A stretch of 64,000 nt of DNA from the human T2T-CHM13v2.0 reference genome, Homo sapiens: assembly GCF_009914755.1 (NCBI RefSeq), contig NC_060941.1; one strand, given 5' to 3'. Position 1 is the stretch's first letter. The number at the start of each line of letters is the position of its first letter. Below are positions 16,901 to 31,267 of this stretch, piece by piece. The notes under the pieces are model-generated. The model did no database searches and had not been told where the DNA came from. It saw only the letters and a list, made by a program, of their open reading frames with translations. A program made the translations under genes and the position numbers.

Positions 16901-17530
16901 GCCTGCGAGTGCTGCGCCGACGGGGCCTGCTCCACATCGAGGCTCAGCTTCCCAGGGGCCTCCTGCAGCAGCCGGGCCAGCTGCTCCTCCCAGGGGCTCT
17001 CGGGGGGCCTGGCGCGTGCAGTGCTCCAGGCACCCGGCCATCTGCTTGCTCAGGAGCCGGGGCTCCACCTGCAGGCGCCTGGTCAGCGCCTTGAACTCCC
17101 CGCTCTGGAATGGCATCTGCAGCTTCGCCTTCAACCGCTGCATACGCATCTGCTGGGTCCGCTTATCCTTCTCCAGTCTCTTTGCCCAGCGGCCACAGGG
17201 CACCGGGGTGGCATCCTTGACCCCCATCTGGACCTTCCTGGGTGGCTGGAGGCTACCACCTCCACTGCCACATTCTGGGAGCCGCGCCACATCCACCCTG
17301 TTCACCACCACCTCCGACACGCTCCCAGCCTGCAGCTGCCGCATCCGCGCCTGGAGCACCTCCAGCAGCTCCACGTGGCCCCAGTCCTTCCTGCGGTCTT
17401 GGTCTTGCTCCTGGGGGCTGGCGGATGAGCTCCTCCTGGGGCCGCAGACGCCACCGACGGTCCCTTCTTTGGCGGGGAGTCCCGGGCGGCCGCAAGGCCG
17501 CAGGGCCCGTTTGAGCCCCGCCGCTCCACA
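13960..17530. promoter_or_regulatory. CpG-island-like GC-rich block imported by the retrocopy
   Basis: Visibly high GC with dense CpG (many GCGC, CCGG and CGCG) against AT-rich, CpG-poor flanks. Observed/expected CpG was not computed. Confidence 0.8.
13969..16935 (-). CDS. Residual 988-codon open frame of the POLRMT retrocopy (POLRMT V206-S1161 plus 32 frameshifted residues); translation unproven
   Basis: The track start is GTG; the first in-frame ATG is at 16749-16747 (equivalent to M268). Contains the PPR region, HQDGSCNG (D922 equivalent, 14787-14785), R-x3-K-x7-YG and SVHDC (D1151 equivalent, 14100-14098). The native C-terminus is lost. Confidence refers to its being a translated CDS. 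Confidence 0.25.
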   Translation of the reverse strand: MEQAPSAQHSQAQLSGQQQRLLAFFKCCLLTDQLPLAHHLLVVHHGQRQKRKLLTLDTYNAVMLGWARQGAFKELVYVLFMVKDAGLTPDLLSYAAALQCMGRQDQDAGTIERCLEQMSQEGLKLQALFTAVPLSEEDRATVLKAVHKVKPTFSLPLQLPPPVNTSKLLRDVYAKDGRVSYPKLHLPLKTLQCLFEKQLHVELASRMCVVSVEKPTLPSKEVTHARKTLKTLRDQWEKALCRELRETKNRLERQVYEGRFSLYPFLCLLDECEVVRMLLQVLQALPAQGESFTTLARELSARTFSRHVVQRQRVSAQVQALQNHYRKYLCLLASDAEVPEPCLPRQYCEALGAPEALREQPWPLPVQMELGKLLAEMLVQATQMPCSLDKPHRSSRLVPVVYHVYSFRNVQQIGILKPHPAYVQLLEKATEPTLTFEAVDVPMFCPPLPWTSPHSGAFLLSPTKLMRTVEGATQHQELLETCPPTALHGALDALAQLGNCAWRVNGRVLDLVLQLFQAKGCPYLGVPAPPSEAPQPPEAHLPHSAAPARKAELRRELAHCQKVAREMHSLRAEALYRLSLAQHLRDRVFWRPHNMDFRSRTYPCPPHFNHLGSDVARALLEFAQGRPLGPRGLDWLKIHLVNLTGLKKREPLRKRLAFAEEVMDDILDSADQPLTGRKWWMGAEEPWQTLACCMEVANTVRASDPAAYVSHLPVHQDGSCNGLQHYAALGRDSVGAASVNLEPSDVPQDVYSGVAGQVEVFRRQDAQRGTRVAQVLEGFITREVVKQTVMTMVYGVTRYGGRLQIEKRLRELNDFPQEFVWEASHYLVRQVFKSLQEMFSGTRAIQHWLTESARLISHTGSVVEWVTPLGVPVIQPYRLDSKVKQIGGGIQSITYTHNGDISRKPNTRKQKNGFPPNFIHSLDSSHMMLTALHCYRKGLTFVSVHDCYWTHAADVSCHEPGVPGAVCPLAQRAHPAGPVQVPGQAVLL

Positions 17531-17778
17531 ACTTTCTTGTTGGTAAATACAGGGGGCATTTCTTCAGATCTTAATTGATTTTTCTATACTCTGATTGCTT
17601 CCTCTTTCTGAGATGCTTGCTTCTCTTGGCTGCGTGGAACCATAGTCTCCTCTTTCTGCTTGCTCCTTCTTAGTTTCCTCTTGGGCTTTTTTTCCTTTGC
17701 CTGACCCTTATATGTTCGAGCTCTTAGAGATGGTCCTAAGTCTCTACTCTTCTCACCTTCACCCTCAACCATGGACAT

Positions 17779-18169
17779 TGAAAGATTCTCCCCGGGGCCT
17801 GAAAACTTAAGGGAATGAATAACTCCTCCTTACTCAGGCCCAGTGCCAAGGCTCAAGGCCACTTGTACCAGCAGCGTGCGTCAGCAAGATAGCAGAAGCA
17901 GGAAGACAGCTGGCTGGAGGACACATACGCCGGAAGATTGAGAGGGAGGCCGTACGGGTACTACATAGCAGACACGTCAGACTGGGACACTGCCTGTTTA
18001 CAGAGGACTATAAAACCCCTGCCCCGGACTCACTTGGAGCTGACGCCATTTTAGGCCTCAGTCCACCAGCACCCAGGCGCTTATTGAGACAGCGTGTTGT
18101 TCCACACCGCCTCACGTTGTCTGTTGGCGCGCTCTGCTCTCGCGGTTCGAACGATACAAGAGCCTTGCA
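17779..18169 (+). mobile_element. Solo ERV LTR, LTR3-like (HERV-K HML-6 group)
   Basis: TG...CA termini, 5-bp TSD GACAT (17774-17778 and 18170-18174), TATAAAA at about 18009-18015. The start TGAAAGATTCTCCCCGGGGCCTGAAA matches recalled LTR3 consensus. The solo-LTR structure is secure; the family name is less so. Confidence 0.8.
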
Positions 18170-18233
18170 GACATCTCATTTTATGGCTTTCTTTACTCTT
18201 TAGAAACAAATGACTCAAAAATCTATCATCTCT

Positions 18234-18545
<312 letters not shown>

Positions 18546-19232
18546 TCTATCATATCTACCCTGATTCCTTTGGTGAGACCCAAATGCGACATTCATCTGC
18601 CTTCTAGATATCACCTAGATGACTTATAGGCACCCCAAGCTCCAAAATGGAACACATCCTTTCACCTCAACATCTGTTTCTCCTCTAGTGTTACGTAGCT
18701 TATTAAATAACTTTACCATGAACTTGGTTGACCACACCAGAAACCCGGGAGGTCTCCTTCAAATTGTTTATTCTCTCTCCTCCACCCCCAACCTGTCCAT
18801 TATAATCAAATATGAAATTTTGTCACCTTGAAACCCTAAATATTTCTTTTTTTAACTTTTAAAAAAGCTTGGTAAAATACACACAACATAATTTTTTTTT
18901 TCAAGATAGGGTCTTACTCTGTCACTCAGGCTGGAGTGCAGTGGTGCCATCATGGCTCGCTGTAGCCTTGACCTCCCAAGCTCAAACAATCCTCCCGCCT
19001 CAGCCTCCTGAGTAGCTGGGACTACAGGTGCCTGCCCCCATGCCCAGCTAATTTCTGTATGTTTTTTAGAGAAGGGAGGAGGGGTATCACCATCTTTCCC
19101 ACGCTTGTCTTAAACTCTTGACCTCAAGCGATCCTCCCACCTCAGCCTCCCAAAGTGTTGGGATTATAGGTGTGAGCCACCATGCCTGGCCCAGGTTTAC
19201 CATTTTAACCTTTTTGCTTGTTTGTTTTTTGA

Positions 19233-19646
<414 letters not shown>

Positions 19647-20107
19647 TAAACATTAAATCTTCACTCCCTAGTCTTCACCCAGACCCTGGCAGCAACCATT
19701 CTACTTTCTGTCTCTATGAATCTGGTACCGCATATAAATGAAATCACACAGCAGTTGTCTTTGTGTTGGCTTCCTTCACTTAGCATAATATCCTCAATGT
19801 TCATCCATGTTGTACCACATGTCACAATTTTCTTCCTTTTTTAAGACTGAGTAGTACTACATTGTATGGATAAACTGTATCTTGTTTACTCATTCATCGC
19901 TTGATGGACTCTTGGGTTGCTTCCACCTTTTGGCTATCGTGAATAATGCTTCTGTGAACGCAAGTGTACAAACATCTGTTTGAGTCTTTGTTTTCACTTC
20001 TTTTGGGTATATACCCTATATCCACGAGTGAAATTATTGGATCATGTGGAAATTGTTTTATTTTTTGAGGAGCCACCTTATGATTTTATTTTCTTTTTTT
20101 TTTTTGA

Positions 20108-20248
<141 letters not shown>

Positions 20249-20655
20249 TAGCTAATTTTTGTATTTTTAGTAGAGATGGGGTTTCTCCATGTTGGTCAGG
20301 CTGGTCTCGAGCTCCCGACCTCAGGTGATCTGCCTGCCTCGGCCTCCCAAAGTGCTGGGATTACAGGTGTGAGCCACCTTGCCTGGCCCATATGATTTTC
20401 TATAATGGCTGCACCCTTTTACATTCCTACCAGCAATGCACAAAGCTTCCAATTTCTCTACATCCTCACCAATGCTTGTTTTTGTTTGTTTGTTTTCTGA
20501 GACAGTCTTGCTCTGTGACCCAGGCTGGAGGGCAGTGACATTGAAAGAGGAGAAAGGAAGAAACCGGTCAGGCACACAGTTAGGGTGGATCCTTGGTTGA
20601 ATTCTTTCAAACAAAAGAACAGCTTGCAGGCACAGATAAGGGAACTTGCACAGGG

Positions 20656-20676
20656 GGGCTTGCCTAAGACATGCCC
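20656..20676. promoter_or_regulatory. p53 response element (two perfect half-sites, 1-bp spacer)
   Basis: GGGCTTGCCT-A-AGACATGCCC; both halves fit RRRCWWGYYY. Confidence 0.65.
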
Positions 20677-20848
20677 ACAGCTGCACAGATAAGAAAGGCT
20701 ATGCAGGGCGGGGCACGGTGGCTCACGCCTGTAATCCCAGCACTTTGGGAGGACGAGGCGGGCGGATCACGAGGTCAGGAGTTCAAGACTAGCCTGGCCA
20801 CCATAGTGAAACCCCATCTCTACTAAACATACAAACATTAGCTGGTCA

Positions 20849-21106
<258 letters not shown>

Positions 21107-21169
21107 TCAAGCTAAGGACCCGCATGCTAACTAGGAGGACAGCGTGGAGCTACCACAAATTCATGCCTT

Positions 21170-21177
21170 ATGCAAAT
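21170..21177 (+). promoter_or_regulatory. Octamer (POU/OCT) motif in the MER61-like LTR
   Basis: ATGCAAAT about 26 nt upstream of TATAAAA (about 21204-21210). Motif match only. Confidence 0.45.
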
Positions 21178-21650
21178 GCAATAGCCAGCCCTCATCAGTT
21201 TCTTATAAAAGCCTTTGAATTCAACTGTAAAAATGACAACCCTCTTCCAAGTCCCCTCTTTGCAGCAGAGAGCTTTCTTCTTTTGCTTATTAAATTTTTG
21301 CTCCAACTTCACCCTTCATGTCCATACTCAACTTTCTTGGTTGTGAGACAAAGAACTTTGGGTGATACCTTGGACTACAAGAGACTGCTACATTGTGGCA
21401 CATCGGTGACACTAACAGCATGACCATGGCTCACTGCAGCCTCAACCTCCCATGCTCAAGTGATCCTCCCACCTCAGCCTTCCCAGTAGCTGGGACTACA
21501 GGCACACACCACCACGCCCGGCTAATTATTTTATTTTTTGTAGAGACAGTGTTTTGCTGTGTTGCCCAGATATATCTTGAACTCCTGGGATCAAGGAATC
21601 CTCCCCCTTCACCCTCCCATAGTGCTGGGATTACAGGTGTGAGCCACTGA

Positions 21651-21785
<135 letters not shown>

Positions 21786-22178
21786 TGAGATTACAGGTGC
21801 CCACTGCCATGCCCGGCTAATTTTTTTTTGTATTTTTAGTAGAGACAGGGTTTCACTATAGTGGTCAGGCTGGTCTCTTGGCCAGACTAGTCTGGAACTC
21901 CTGACCTCAAGTGATCCACCTGCCTCAGCCTCCCAAAGTGCTGGAATTATAGGCGTGAGCCACCGCACCTGGCTCCTGCTTGTTTTTATAAGTGTCATCC
22001 TAATGTGTGTGAAGGAGTATCGCACTGTGCTTTTGATTTGTATTTCCCTAATGATTAGTCGTGTTGAGCATTTTTCATGTGCTTATTGGCCATTTGTAAA
22101 TCTTTAGAGAAATGTCTATTCACTTCCTTTGCCCATTTTTGGATCAGGTTGTTTAGTTTTGCTGTTTTTAAGTTGTAG

Positions 22179-22433
<255 letters not shown>

Positions 22434-23422
22434 TGATCCTCCTGCCTTGGCCTCCCAAAGTGCTGGGATTACAGGCGTGAGCCACAGTGCCAGGCCAGGA
22501 GTTCTTTATAAATTCTGAACATCAATCTCTTATCAGATATATGATTTGCAAATCATTCCTCTAAGGCTGCCTTTTCAGTTTGTTGATAGTGTCCGTTGAT
22601 ACACAAAAGTTTTTAATTTTGATGAAGTCCAATTTATCTATTTTCTTTTTTTGCTTGTGCTTTCGGTGTCATATCTAAGAAATTATGAAATCCGATGTCA
22701 TGAAGCTTTCCTCCTATGTGTTCTGGTAAGAGTTTTATAGTTTTAGCTCTTACATTTAGGTCTTTGATTCCTTTTTTGTTAAAAATCTAATTCAGATAAT
22801 GATGCTCCTCTACTCAGGAGCCTCTGATCATTTCTTATCTCAAGCAAAGTAAAAGCCAAAGTCCTTAGGCAAGGACAAAGCCCTGTGCTCTCCCCTCACC
22901 TCTCTCTAACTTTATCTCCTTCTACTTTCTCCCCAGTGCCCAAGCTGCTCACAGCCTCAGGGGCCTCCTTGCAGTCCCTCTGGCAGGCACCAGCTCCCCA
23001 GGGCTCCTTCCCTTACCCCTATTAAGTCATTGGTCAAATATCTTCTTAAAGAGGCCTTCTCTGATCATCCTATTTAAAAGTTAATTCCACCCAAATGCCT
23101 ACACTGTATCCTTCTTTCCAGCCTTTTTCCACCCATAGAACCTATCCTTTGCTAACATACTATATATTTTATACTTATTTATTATTTATTTATAGTCTAT
23201 TCCCCTCCAGCCCAACTAGAAAAAAAATAGGGATTTAAAAAACAGGGATATCATTAAAAATGAAAATAGGGATTTAAAAATTAAAAAATAGAGATTTCAG
23301 TAGCCGGGCGCGGTGGCTCACGCCTGTAATCCCAACACTTTGGGAGGCTGAAGCTGGTGGATCACCTGAGGTCAGGAGTTTGAAACCAGCCTGGCCAACA
23401 TGGTGAAACCCCGTCTCTACTA

Positions 23423-23693
<271 letters not shown>

Positions 23694-24182
23694 CTAGGCA
23701 ACATTGTGAAACCCTGTCTCTACAAAACAATACAAAAATTAGCTGGGTGTGGTGGCTCGTGCCTATAGTCCCAGCTGTTCAGGAGGGTGACATGGGAAGA
23801 TCTCTTGAACCTAGGAGGTTGAGGCTGTAGTGAGCTGAAACTGCACCACTGCACTCCAGCCTGGGCAACAGAGTGAGATGCTGTCTCAAAAAAAAAAAAA
23901 TTGGGATTTCCATTTGTTTTGTTCAGTTGTATACCTGGAACCTAGAGTGATTTAACAAATGAATAAAATAAATGGATTGTACTGCATATTTACCTGTTTC
24001 CTTCAGGAGACTCTAAGTTCCTTGCAGGTAAGATTTATGCCCAAGGTTATATTCACTTTTGTATTTACAAATTTACAATGGGCAACAAACCAGTCTCTGA
24101 TACTTATAAGTGTCTTGGTAGTCAATTATTTGTGAGATACTGAACAAATTACAATACAGTCTGACAGTCTATAAAAAGACAC

Positions 24183-25245
<1,063 letters not shown>

Positions 25246-25477
25246 TAAATTGCTGGGATTACAGGCGTGAACCACTGCGCCCAGCCCATGTCTGTATTTT
25301 ACAAGTTGATTTTTATTATGCAAAAAGCTTCATGTTCAGATAACTATGAATCAAGTTACCGTTGTGGACTTGGGCTTCCTGAGAGCAGATTCCCTCTCTG
25401 ACTTTTCCTGGAAGTTACACAGGCACTTCTTCATACCATGCTGGGGAAGCATATCATTTAGTTTGTTAGCATTTCTT

Positions 25478-25521
25478 TTTTTTTTTTTGAGACGGAGTCC
25501 TACTCTGTCCCCCAGGCTGGA
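25478..25521 (-). mobile_element. Severely 5'-truncated Alu insertion (about 33 nt plus poly(A)) with TSD
   Basis: TSD AGTTTGTTAGCAT(T/C)TCTT at 25460-25477 and 25522-25539. Confidence 0.85.
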
Positions 25522-26329
25522 AGTTTGTTAGCATCTCTTAGAAATCTTCCCAAATTGGCAAACCCACCAAGATAACTGCCAAGATATTTCTTGACACATT
25601 ATTTTGACTTCAGGTTATTAGTTAGGATTCCTGTTAGGTATCAGATGTTTATTAGGCTCAGGCACATGGGGCTTTGAAATATCTGAATCCAGCACATCCA
25701 GGGAAGAGAAGAAGAGAATATAGCCACTGGCACAGGAATTCAGTTTGTCTCCCTTTTGGGCACCAGGAAGTGGAATCCAGGATCCTCTTCCCTTGAGCTT
25801 CCAAGTAAAAGCTTCCCTTTAAATCCAGAAGTGGGGAAAGAGCCTCCAGGTATCAGTGGCTCCAAGCCCTTTGCTCCGTGGAAAGTAGATAAGGACAGGT
25901 GAGCAGGACTAATGGTCTGAGTGGGGTCCCCCCAGTTGCAGGCTCTGTCTCTTCCAAGCTCAGTCAAAGGTCAGTAGCAAAAAGAAAGCCTGGAATTTGA
26001 CTGTTGCGATGCTGTGCTCTCCTGCAAACCCGGGGTCTGCACTGGAGGTTTCATCCCATTGCTCTGTGTCATTAGACACCCTCACCCCCATCACACCCTA
26101 GCTAGGTGGAGATGGAACTCTTTTCCGTTACAGGTCTTGAAACCCCCAAGTAGAGCAATTTCTATCTCCCTGAGTCCTACGCCTTTTCAACCTCAAAATC
26201 CTCCAGGAACACCTGTCATCTCTGCACTTTAGAAGTCACAAAAATAGGGGTTACTGCAGCCTGCTAGGGGAAAGGGACAATGAAAGGGGTGCTTTAGAAT
26301 CGCAGAATGTTAGTTCTTCTCAGAGGATC

Positions 26330-27040
26330 TTGTCCAGCTCCCTCCCTGCATAGATGCTAAGGCCCAGAGAGGTGAAGTGTCTTGGCCTCTTAGTGAAGAA
26401 ACTAAGGCCAGTTCCCAGGACTCCTCGTCTGAATGCCCTTTTCACTCTTTCATTCTGACTTCCATCCAAATATGCTTGTGGAAATGAGAATATTATAAGG
26501 AGGAGGACTTATGAGGAAGGCTGGCATGATGAAAAGAGCCCAGCAGTTCAAGTGAAGAGAATTGAATTTGAGTCTTAATCATAATTACAATTACTGAGTA
26601 TGTAATTGTTACTGAACCCTAGTCTCAGTGTCTTAATCTATAGATTAATCTATAGTTTCTAATCTACTATCTTTTTTTTTTTTTTTTTTTTTTTAGGCAG
26701 GGTCTCACTCCAGTCGGCCAGGCTGGAGTGCGGTGGTGCAATCTCACGGTTCAAGCAATTCTCCTGCCTCAGCCTCCCAAGTAACTGGGACTATAGGCAT
26801 GCACCACCATGCCTGGCTAATTTTTGTATTTTTTGGTAGAGAAGGGTTTTTGCCGTGTTGGCCAGGCTGGTCTCAAAACTCCTGACCTTAGGTGATCCAC
26901 CCGCCTTGGCCTCCCAAAGTGCTGGGATTTACAGGTATGAGCCACCGTGCCCAGCCTACTTTCTAAACTAATCTATAATCTAGTTTTCTTATAAGGCTAT
27001 TGTGAAGGTGAAAGCACTGGGTAAATCATAAAGCATTATA
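26330..27040 (+). mobile_element. MIR fragments (about 26330-26430, 26520-26640, 26980-27040) around an Alu
   Basis: AAGGCCCAGAGAGGTGAAGTG and TTGTGAAGGTGAAAGCAC-like MIR core motifs. The pieces may differ in orientation. Confidence 0.55.
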
Positions 27041-27318
27041 CAAACAAGGAGATCTACAAGAGAGGTCTGAGGTTGGGAAACAGTAGGAAGGGATGGTTTA
27101 CACAGTTGAGCTTTAGGGCCCTGAAACTGTAGGCAAAGTGTTTTGTGTTCGTGCATTTTTCTGGGAAGAAGATCTATAAGTTGCATTACATTGTTATTTC
27201 CCAGAAAAGGTTAAGAAGAGCCACTGATGTTAGTACTTGACACCACTATGATCGATCTGAGAACTGTTCTAGTTCTACAGAGAGAAAAATGAAGGAGGAA
27301 TCATTTTTGAGAAATTCA

Positions 27319-27471
27319 TAGAGTTGCCAGATAAAATATAGGTTGCCACTTAAATCTGAATTTCAAACAACAAACCATGTTTTAGTATAAGTATGTCCCA
27401 TGTGATATTTATATGAAGTTCACATGTAACTGGGCATCCTGTATTTTTATTCGCCAAATCTGGCAACCCTA
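27319..27471. mobile_element. hAT-superfamily MITE, MER53-like
   Basis: Terminal inverted repeats TAGAGTTGCCAGAT / ATCTGGCAACCCTA and a perfect 8-bp TSD GAAATTCA (27311-27318, 27472-27479). Confidence 0.9.
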
Positions 27472-27683
27472 GAAATTCACTCATCAATGGAGAAAAGGTG
27501 ACTTGTGTTTTGATGAGCTTGCCTTCCAGATCTTGTTATAACTTGTTCCTGCTGGCAGAGAGCAGGATTGGGATGATGATGTGTTTTAGAAGCAAAAATG
27601 AGAGTCGGACAGCAGCCTCATTGAATATTAGACACCTTAGGGATTGTTTTGAATTGAAGCATGTCACCTTATTGATACCATAG

Positions 27684-28180
<497 letters not shown>

Positions 28181-28601
28181 CTAGCACCTGGTACATAGTA
28201 AGTACTCAACAGATTAAAAAAATGGTAGAAATCAGTGTTTTCCGTGCATGACACAAAGCATAAATAGTATCAGGAAGTCTAAAATTGCACTGTTACTTTG
28301 GGCTTATGTAATTGATGAAGGATTAATGTCTTGTACATGAGGATACTTAATAAATATTTGTTAATGAACATTTAGTTTCTCATGGGGACGTTTGCCAGGA
28401 ATCAAGGGCAGAAAAAAAATGTCATATTTTCTGAAGTGAGCAAAGATATTTGGGAAAATATGAAATATCTATATAATGTTTTGAAAACAATACGGAAAGT
28501 TGTACCTTTTCTCAGTTTAACTTTTGTTTCCTTTTTGAGCATTCTGGCTAACAACTGCATGACAGGATTTTAAGTTTTGAAATATTGGTTTTCATATTTA
28601 A

Positions 28602-28835
<234 letters not shown>

Positions 28836-29573
28836 TAGAGACAGGGTCTCCCTATGTTGTACAGGCTGGTCTCAAACTCCTGGCTCAGGTGATCCATCTG
28901 CCTCAGCCTCCTAAAGTGCTGGGATTACTGGCGTGAGCCATTGCACCTGCTCCTTTTTCCCTTTTTCTTAAAATGAAGGGCTACTTGTTCTTTTAAAGAA
29001 ACCATCCACAGGTCCACAGGCCGGGCAAGGTGGCTCATGCCTGTAATCCCAGCACTTTGGGAGGCTGAGGTGGGCGGATCACCTGAGGTCAAGGGTTCGA
29101 GACCAGCCTGGCCAACATGGTAAAACCCTTCCTCTGCTAAAAATACAAAAAAAAAAAAATTAGCTGGGCATGGTAGCACATGCCTGTAGTCCCAGCTGTT
29201 CAGGGAGGCTAAGGCAGGAGAATCGCTTGAACCCAGGAGGCAAAGGTTGCGGTGAGCCAAGATCGCACCACTGCACTCCAGCCTGGGCAACACAGGGAGA
29301 CTCCATGTCTCCATCTCACAAAAAAAAAAAAAAGAAAGAAAGAAAAGAAAAGAAACCATCCACAAAGGTAATATGCTCATTATGGATTCTATCATTTACT
29401 GGTAAATATAATGTAGTAATTTCTCAGTTGGTCTTTTGTAATAGATACATCACTATAATAAATATCAGAATCAGAAAAACCTATGTAGCTTATCTTTTCC
29501 CCCTATATGTTACATAGGTTTTTTAAAGTGAAGAGGTTTTTCTTTTTTGTTTCCAGATTAAACTGTGCTTTAA

Positions 29574-29997
<424 letters not shown>

Positions 29998-30582
29998 TGA
30001 AAGTTCATATAAATTTATGCATGGAAAATATATGAAAGGACACTCATCAAAATGCTAGTGGTAATTACCTCCCAGTGATAGTGAAATTATAGGCAATTTT
30101 ATATTCCTTTTCCCTGTCCATATTTTCTGATTTTTCTCAAATAAACATATTAAAATGTAGAGATAACTCTTGGGAAACAGAAAGCTATTGCATAAGAAAT
30201 GATCTTTGAGATATTAAACTTGACATTTGAGAATCGGAGTTTTCACTTAGCATATTTTATCACCAGTAATGGATTGAAATTACAGCTCACCTTGCCATCT
30301 GTTAAATGGGAATGAAGAAAACATCAAAGAAGCAGAGTATATTTAAAGCACCTAGTATGGTGTGTATTATGTGCTTAATAAACTTAAGCTTTAGCTTTTG
30401 TTATTATTAATATATGCTAAGAATCTAAAAATAAACTTCCTTGATACCCTTTAAACGTTACGTATTCTCAAATCAACAGGAGGTAAATACTTCGATCATT
30501 TAGAAAAGCCATCAGAGAATTAAGCTAATTTTTAGTTTTCCAATTTTCAATTAATAAAATATTTCTAATATACAGGAAATAA

Positions 30583-30930
<348 letters not shown>

Positions 30931-31063
30931 TAAACGTGAAATCTTGCCAGGCGTGGTGGCTCATGCCTGTAATCCCAACACTTTGGGAGGCTGAGGTGGG
31001 TGGATCACAAGGTCAGGAGATTGAGACTATCCTGGCCAACAGGGTGAAACCCTGTCTCTACTA

Positions 31064-31267
<204 letters not shown>

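Larger units (their letters stand above)
13797..17527 (-). pseudogene. POLRMTP1: Processed pseudogene (retrocopy) of mitochondrial RNA polymerase POLRMT
   Basis: Translation matches human POLRMT (recalled) from about G9 (GAAGLKRALRPCGRPG at 17527) to the C-terminal STYFFS and stop (13857-13859), with no introns. AATAAA at 13823-13828 (minus), poly(A) at 13797-13811, 11-bp TSD ACAACTTTCTT at 13786-13796 and 17528-17538. Lesions: ATG and first 8 codons missing; +1 frameshift in the G6 run at 17002-17007; +1 frameshift at 14067-14068; TAG at 13950-13952. The symbol is from recall of the annotated POLRMT pseudogene. Confidence 0.93.

Noticed and set aside
13969-16935. A functional second mitochondrial or phage-type RNA polymerase gene, or a horizontally acquired T7-like polymerase
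   Set aside because: Near-identity to human POLRMT, no introns, poly(A), TSD, missing ATG, two frameshifts and a nonsense codon identify a processed pseudogene. The T7-like motifs are inherited from POLRMT.
13635-17546. Many overlapping antisense and alternate-frame ORFs (e.g. 14461-15366, 301 aa; 14942-15781, 279 aa)
   Set aside because: Shadow ORFs expected from GC-rich, stop-poor coding sequence. Low-complexity products with no independent support.
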